Shown here one piece after another: positions 60,170-64,000 of a stretch of 64,000 nucleotides of DNA. Below the pieces are notes generated by a model, which ran no database searches, was not told the DNA's origin, and saw only the letters and a program-made list of their open reading frames with translations. Source of the stretch: an uncultured cyanobacterium. Its GTDB lineage: Bacteria; Cyanobacteriota; Cyanobacteriia; PCC-6307; Cyanobiaceae. A program made the translations under genes and the position numbers. The stretch covers positions 32,001 through 96,000 of the forward strand of contig CAVONQ010000005.1 in the NCBI GenBank assembly GCA_963697335.1, given 5' to 3'. Within the stretch, counting starts at the first letter, position 1; each line of letters opens with the position of its first letter.

Positions 60170-60586
60170 TCAGTGCAGCTGCTCCAGGGCCTCGAGGGCA
60201 CAGCGGAGCGAAGGGGCGGTGGGACGGTGTTCCCCCAACCTCGGGCTCCATGCCCTGCCGCTGCGCAGCTGATCAGGACAGGCGAGCACCATGTCCTGGC
60301 CCTCCAGCAGCTGGAGCGCCTGCAGGGGAAGCGGCAGTGGGGCGCGGAAGACATGGGCGACCCGATCGGCGTTGCGATGCAGGAACCAGAAGGGCAGCGG
60401 CGCGGGGGGCCACCAGCCGATCTCCTCGAGCAGCTCGCGCCGCAACGCCTCTCCGGGGCTCTCCCCCGGGTCGAGATGGCCCCCGAACAGTCCCCAGGCC
60501 CCTGGGGCCACGATGCCGGGGATGTCGTCCCGCAGCTGGATCAACCACTGGCCGCCCTGCTCGAGCACGGCCAGGGCCACCTCCAC
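60170..60586 (-). CDS. NUDIX hydrolase
   Basis: QLRDD.PGI..PG.WGLFGGHLDPGESPGEALRRELLEEIG. Confidence 0.9.
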   Translation of the reverse strand: MEVALAVLEQGGQWLIQLRDDIPGIVAPGAWGLFGGHLDPGESPGEALRRELLEEIGWWPPAPLPFWFLHRNADRVAHVFRAPLPLPLQALQLLEGQDMVLACPDQLRSGRAWSPRLGEHRPTAPSLRCALEALEQLH

Positions 60587-60603
60587 CGGAGGGGATGGGA
60601 GGT

Positions 60604-60996
60604 TCAGGGTTCGATCCCCCAGGGCTCCCAGCCGGATTGCCGAAAGATGGCATAGGCCACGCTGCTGTTGACCAGAGGGTCGAGCAGCTGCTCGGGGCTG
60701 CGAATGCCCATCGCGGCGATCAGCCCCCGGTTGGCGCTGAAGTTGATCTGGAACAGGCCAAAGCAGTCCCCACCGCAGCCACGGGCCGTGGGGGTGAGAC
60801 CGCTCTCCAGATGGGCCAGGCGGATGGCGCTGCCGAGGTGCTCCTGCGGCCACACCTGGCGGATGGCCTGAAGCGCATCGGCCCTCGGCGTGTCGCGCGC
60901 CAGAACGGCAGGGGAGCGCAAGCCGAGGCCGCCAGCGAACGACAGCAGCAGGGACAGCAGCACGCCGCCAGTGGAACGAAACAACCAGGCAGGCAT
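60604..60996 (-). CDS. Small secreted lytic transglycosylase / lysozyme-like protein
   Basis: Signal peptide, A..ESG catalytic motif, GLFQIN, LLDP..N...A, GWEPW. Confidence 0.8.
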   Translation of the reverse strand: MPAWLFRSTGGVLLSLLLSFAGGLGLRSPAVLARDTPRADALQAIRQVWPQEHLGSAIRLAHLESGLTPTARGCGGDCFGLFQINFSANRGLIAAMGIRSPEQLLDPLVNSSVAYAIFRQSGWEPWGIEP

Positions 60997-61075
60997 GCCT
61001 GTGGGCCAGGAACTCGCCGGCAACGTATCGGCCCCGAACCGGCGCCGCCAGGGTCAGGGATGGCTGGATCCGGGC

Positions 61076-61867
61076 TCAGACACCCGGAGCGGGAGCCGGG
61101 GGAGGAATGGCTCCCTCCTGTGGGGCCTGCACCTCGTCGCAGAGGTCGAGCACGATCTGCTGTCCCACGGAACGGGGCTCGGGCACGGCCCAGGCCAGCC
61201 AGGCCCCATCGACGCGCCAGGTCTGGCGAAGGCTGCTGCACTGCACGGCCACGGCCGTGGCCCTGGCCCGGGAGGCCCCCACATCTTCCGCGGCGGGCTG
61301 AACCACTGTCACCCGCAGCCCACCGGGGTGCAGCTTCCAGCCGCCCCAGTCCACCAGGGTGTTGCCGAAATAGCGCCAGCGGCCCTGCTGAGGCTTCTCA
61401 ACGGGGCCCGCTTCGGGGGCCGTCCCTGGCGCGGACGGCTCCGCCGGCTTGGTCTGGGCAGGCGTGGTGGCTGGGGTGGGGGTCGCAGGAGTGGGGGTTG
61501 CCGGTGTCTTGGCGGCTGGCTTGGCGGCTGGTTTGGCGGCAGCGGGCTTCGCCGCTGCGGGTTTCGCCGCTGGGGCCGGCTTCGCGGCGGGGCGCGGAGC
61601 GGTGGCGGGGGGAAGCTTCAGCACCTGGCCGATCTGCAGGGTGCGCGGATCGCTGATGCTGTTGAGACGCTGCAAGGCCTCCACGGACACCCCGTGGCGT
61701 CCGGCAATCACCTCAAGGGTGTCACCCTCCTTCACCGTGACCTGACGGGGTTTGGCCGCAGCCTGGGCCAGGGCGGGCCGGGCTCCCGGCACAAGCACCG
61801 CTGTGGCCAGCGCTGTCCCGAGCCCCCCGATAACCCACAGGCAGCCGAACACCAGGGGGGGCAGCAC
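61076..61867 (-). CDS. LysM peptidoglycan-binding protein; start uncertain
   Basis: VKEGDTLEVIAGRHGVSVEALQRLNSISDPRTLQIGQVLKLP, AAKP/TP linker, WRYFG..VDW domain. Confidence 0.88.
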   Translation of the reverse strand: MLPPLVFGCLWVIGGLGTALATAVLVPGARPALAQAAAKPRQVTVKEGDTLEVIAGRHGVSVEALQRLNSISDPRTLQIGQVLKLPPATAPRPAAKPAPAAKPAAAKPAAAKPAAKPAAKTPATPTPATPTPATTPAQTKPAEPSAPGTAPEAGPVEKPQQGRWRYFGNTLVDWGGWKLHPGGLRVTVVQPAAEDVGASRARATAVAVQCSSLRQTWRVDGAWLAWAVPEPRSVGQQIVLDLCDEVQAPQEGAIPPPAPAPGV

Positions 61868-61967
61868 GCGGGAGGGCGCAACTGTTGCTCCCTGCAGGCC
61901 TGAGCCTGGTTTCTGGGCTGGAACTTCTCTCACCACCCTGGCTCCCTTCGACTTGGTTCGACCCTAG

Positions 61968-62051
61968 TGGGGGCAGGGGGACTTGAACCCCCACAACCTC
62001 GCGGTCTGCAGATTTTAAGTCTGCTGCGTCTACCGATTCCGCCATGCCCCC
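61968..62051 (-). tRNA. trnL: tRNA-Leu(UAA), intron-less, CCA not encoded
   Basis: GGGGGCA/TGCCCCC acceptor stem, GCAGA-CTTAAAA-TCTGC anticodon arm, long variable arm, GTTCAAGTC T-loop. Confidence 0.97.
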
Positions 62052-62095
62052 GGCAAAGGCACTCTAGATTTGGTGCCATCGTTGCCACATCGGCC

Positions 62096-62347
62096 GTGTC
62101 CCTTTTCGGTCTTCTGGGTGCGCTGCCCTCCGGGGTGCTGCCGGTGCTCGCCCTCTACGTCGCTCTCGGCGGGGCCTATCTGGTGGTGATCCCCCTGGCC
62201 CTTTACGCCTGGATGGTCAAGCGCTGGACGGTGATGGGCAAAGTGGAGCGCTTCGGGGTCTATGGACTGGTGTTCCTGTTCTTCCCTGGTCTCATTCTGT
62301 TTTCTCCGTTCATCAACCTGCGCATGGCCGGCCAGGGTGCCCGATGA
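62096..62347 (+). CDS. ndhL: NDH-1 subunit L
   Basis: [35 protein letters not shown]; synteny with DUF3007-trpA. Confidence 0.92.
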   Translation: MSLFGLLGALPSGVLPVLALYVALGGAYLVVIPLALYAWMVKRWTVMGKVERFGVYGLVFLFFPGLILFSPFINLRMAGQGAR

Positions 62348-62727
62348 CCAAGGGTCAATCCCTGCTGCTGGGGCTGGCAGTCTTCGGCCTTGGCGCTCTG
62401 GGCTACGCCCTGTTCCAGGCCAACGGTTTCGAGAGCTTCTCCGCCGGAATCGCCGCCTCGGCCCTGTTGATGGTGCTGGTGGTGGGCTGGACAGCCACCT
62501 ACCTGCTGCGGGCCCTGAGCGGCAACATGACCTACATGCAACAGCGCCGCACATATCGCGAGGGCTACGACGCCGCCACCACCGAAGCCCTGCAGCGCAA
62601 GTTCGATGCCCTCAGCCCTGAGGAGCAGCTCCGCCTGCTACGCGACACCGGCCAACTCGGCACTGATGCAGACGAGCCCGCCTCGGGCGACGCCACTCGC
62701 CCAGACACGCTCCACGGCGAGGCATAG
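62344..62727 (+). CDS. DUF3007 family protein
   Basis: GW..TYL.R...[16 protein letters not shown]. Confidence 0.88.
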   Translation: MTKGQSLLLGLAVFGLGALGYALFQANGFESFSAGIAASALLMVLVVGWTATYLLRALSGNMTYMQQRRTYREGYDAATTEALQRKFDALSPEEQLRLLRDTGQLGTDADEPASGDATRPDTLHGEA

Positions 62728-62754
62728 GCTCACAGGCCAGCCCCTGCAGCCGCT

Positions 62755-63570
62755 GTGTCCGTCGCTCCAACTCCGATCCAGCAGCGCTTCCGACACCTGG
62801 AGCAGCAGGGTCGCTGTGCCCTGATGCCGTTTCTGATGGCCGGGGATCCGGATCTGGCCACCACCCGGGCCACCCTCCTGGCCCTGGAGGCAGCCGGCGC
62901 CGATCTGGTGGAGCTGGGCATCCCCTACAGCGATCCCCTCGCCGACGGCCCCGTGATTCAGGCAGCGGCCAGCCGGGCCCTGGCCGCTGCCACCACCCCT
63001 GCCAAGGTGCTGGAGATGCTGGCCAGCCTGCGCGGCGAGCTCACCCTGCCGGTGGTGCTGTTCACCTACAGCAATCCCCTGCTCAACCGGGGCATGGAGG
63101 CCTTCTGCCAGGCGGCGGCGGCCAGCGGAGCCGCCGGCCTGGTGGTGCCGGACCTGCCCCTGGAGGAGGCCGAGAAGCTCTCCGGCATCGCCGCCGCCGC
63201 CGGGCTCGATCTGGTGCTGTTGGTGGCCCCCACCACGCCGCCCGAACGCATGGCCCGCATTCACCAGGCCAGCCGCGGCTTCACCTATCTGGTCAGTGTC
63301 ACCGGGGTCACGGGCGTGCGCGCCGGGCTCGAGGCCCGGGTGGGGCCCCTGGTGGGACGGCTCAAGGAGGAGGGAGACACCCCGGTGGCCGTGGGCTTCG
63401 GCATCTCCGGTGTGGAGCAGGTGCGTCAGGTGCGCGACTGGGGGGCCAATGGCGCCATCGTGGGCAGCGCCCTGGTGCGGGTGATGGCCGAGGCCCAGGC
63501 CCAGCAGGCCGATGTGGCCGCGGCCGCGGGCCGCTTCTGCGCCGAGCTGCGGGCCGGACTGGATCCCTGA
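62755..63570 (+). CDS. trpA: Tryptophan synthase alpha chain
   Basis: [41 protein letters not shown]. Confidence 0.97.
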   Translation: MSVAPTPIQQRFRHLEQQGRCALMPFLMAGDPDLATTRATLLALEAAGADLVELGIPYSDPLADGPVIQAAASRALAAATTPAKVLEMLASLRGELTLPVVLFTYSNPLLNRGMEAFCQAAAASGAAGLVVPDLPLEEAEKLSGIAAAAGLDLVLLVAPTTPPERMARIHQASRGFTYLVSVTGVTGVRAGLEARVGPLVGRLKEEGDTPVAVGFGISGVEQVRQVRDWGANGAIVGSALVRVMAEAQAQQADVAAAAGRFCAELRAGLDP

Positions 63571-63589
63571 GCGTCTCAAGCCAACTCTG

Positions 63590-64000
63590 ATGCTGTATTC
63601 CCCTGCCTGCGACCGCAACGCGGCTCCGATCCTGGCCGTGCTGCGCCAGTGGCTGCCTGAGGGGGGAGCGGTGCTGGAGGTGGGCTCCGGCAGCGGCCAG
63701 CACGGGGTGGCCTTCACCAGGCAATTGCCGCAGCTGATCTGGCAGCCCAGTGAGCGTCCCGAAGGAGTTGGCCCCCTCCAGGAGCGCATCGCTCGGGAGG
63801 GGAGCGACCAACCCGCCCCAGGCTCCCGCCTGCTGCCGGCGATGGCGCTCGATGTGCTGGAGGCTCACGCCTGGCCTACCGGCCCCTACGACGCCGTGTT
63901 CAGCGCCAACACCGCCCACATCATGGGCGAGCCCGCCGTTGGGGCCTTCTTCGAAGGCAGCGCCAGGGTGCTGGCCCCTGGGGGGCTGCTGCTGCTCTAT
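63590..64000 (+). CDS. DUF938 family SAM-dependent methyltransferase, partial
   Basis: Manual translation MLYSPACDRNAAPILAVL..VLEVGSGSGQH..WQPSE..FSANTAHIM; runs off the window. Confidence 0.85.
   Translation, partial: MLYSPACDRNAAPILAVLRQWLPEGGAVLEVGSGSGQHGVAFTRQLPQLIWQPSERPEGVGPLQERIAREGSDQPAPGSRLLPAMALDVLEAHAWPTGPYDAVFSANTAHIMGEPAVGAFFEGSARVLAPGGLLLLY

Noticed and set aside
61460..61600. Tandem AAKP / TPA repeats
   Set aside because: Ordinary low-complexity linker in the LysM protein; not CRISPR-like.
61968..62051. tRNA-Leu(UAA) as an integration site or group I intron host
   Set aside because: The anticodon loop is uninterrupted, and I found no integrase or duplicated tRNA 3' end in the window.

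Overview
Very GC-rich chromosomal window from a picocyanobacterium, most likely Cyanobium / Synechococcus subcluster 5.2. This rests on gene content and order (mfd-ctp-ispG-udg-aspC; tRNA-Leu-ndhL-DUF3007-trpA), an HLIP, BicA and the ndhF3-ndhD3-cupA-cupS CO2-uptake operon. It is gene-dense, with about 70 CDS, one intron-less tRNA-Leu(UAA), a glutamine (glnA-type) riboswitch and a probable manA-motif RNA. I see no IS element, integrase, prophage or CRISPR array. Five conserved genes (ctp, udg, bicA, amt1, ndhD3) each carry exactly one extra base, which most likely reflects assembly insertion errors. The most interesting observations are: (i) an orphan LexA-box-controlled UmuD with both catalytic residues replaced; (ii) an OmpR/EnvZ pair with 10-bp-periodic boxes before a Spy/CpxP-like gene and an unannotated 53-aa membrane peptide; (iii) a nitrogen module of amt1, an enlarged glutamine riboswitch with DUF4278, and a divergent second PII; (iv) a putative selenate ABC transporter abutting tRNA 2-selenouridine synthase; (v) a candidate ~70-nt sRNA, a candidate 18-aa leader peptide, and a 55-aa Cys-Cys peptide behind the manA-like RNA. 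All family assignments come from motif recognition by eye, not from database searches.
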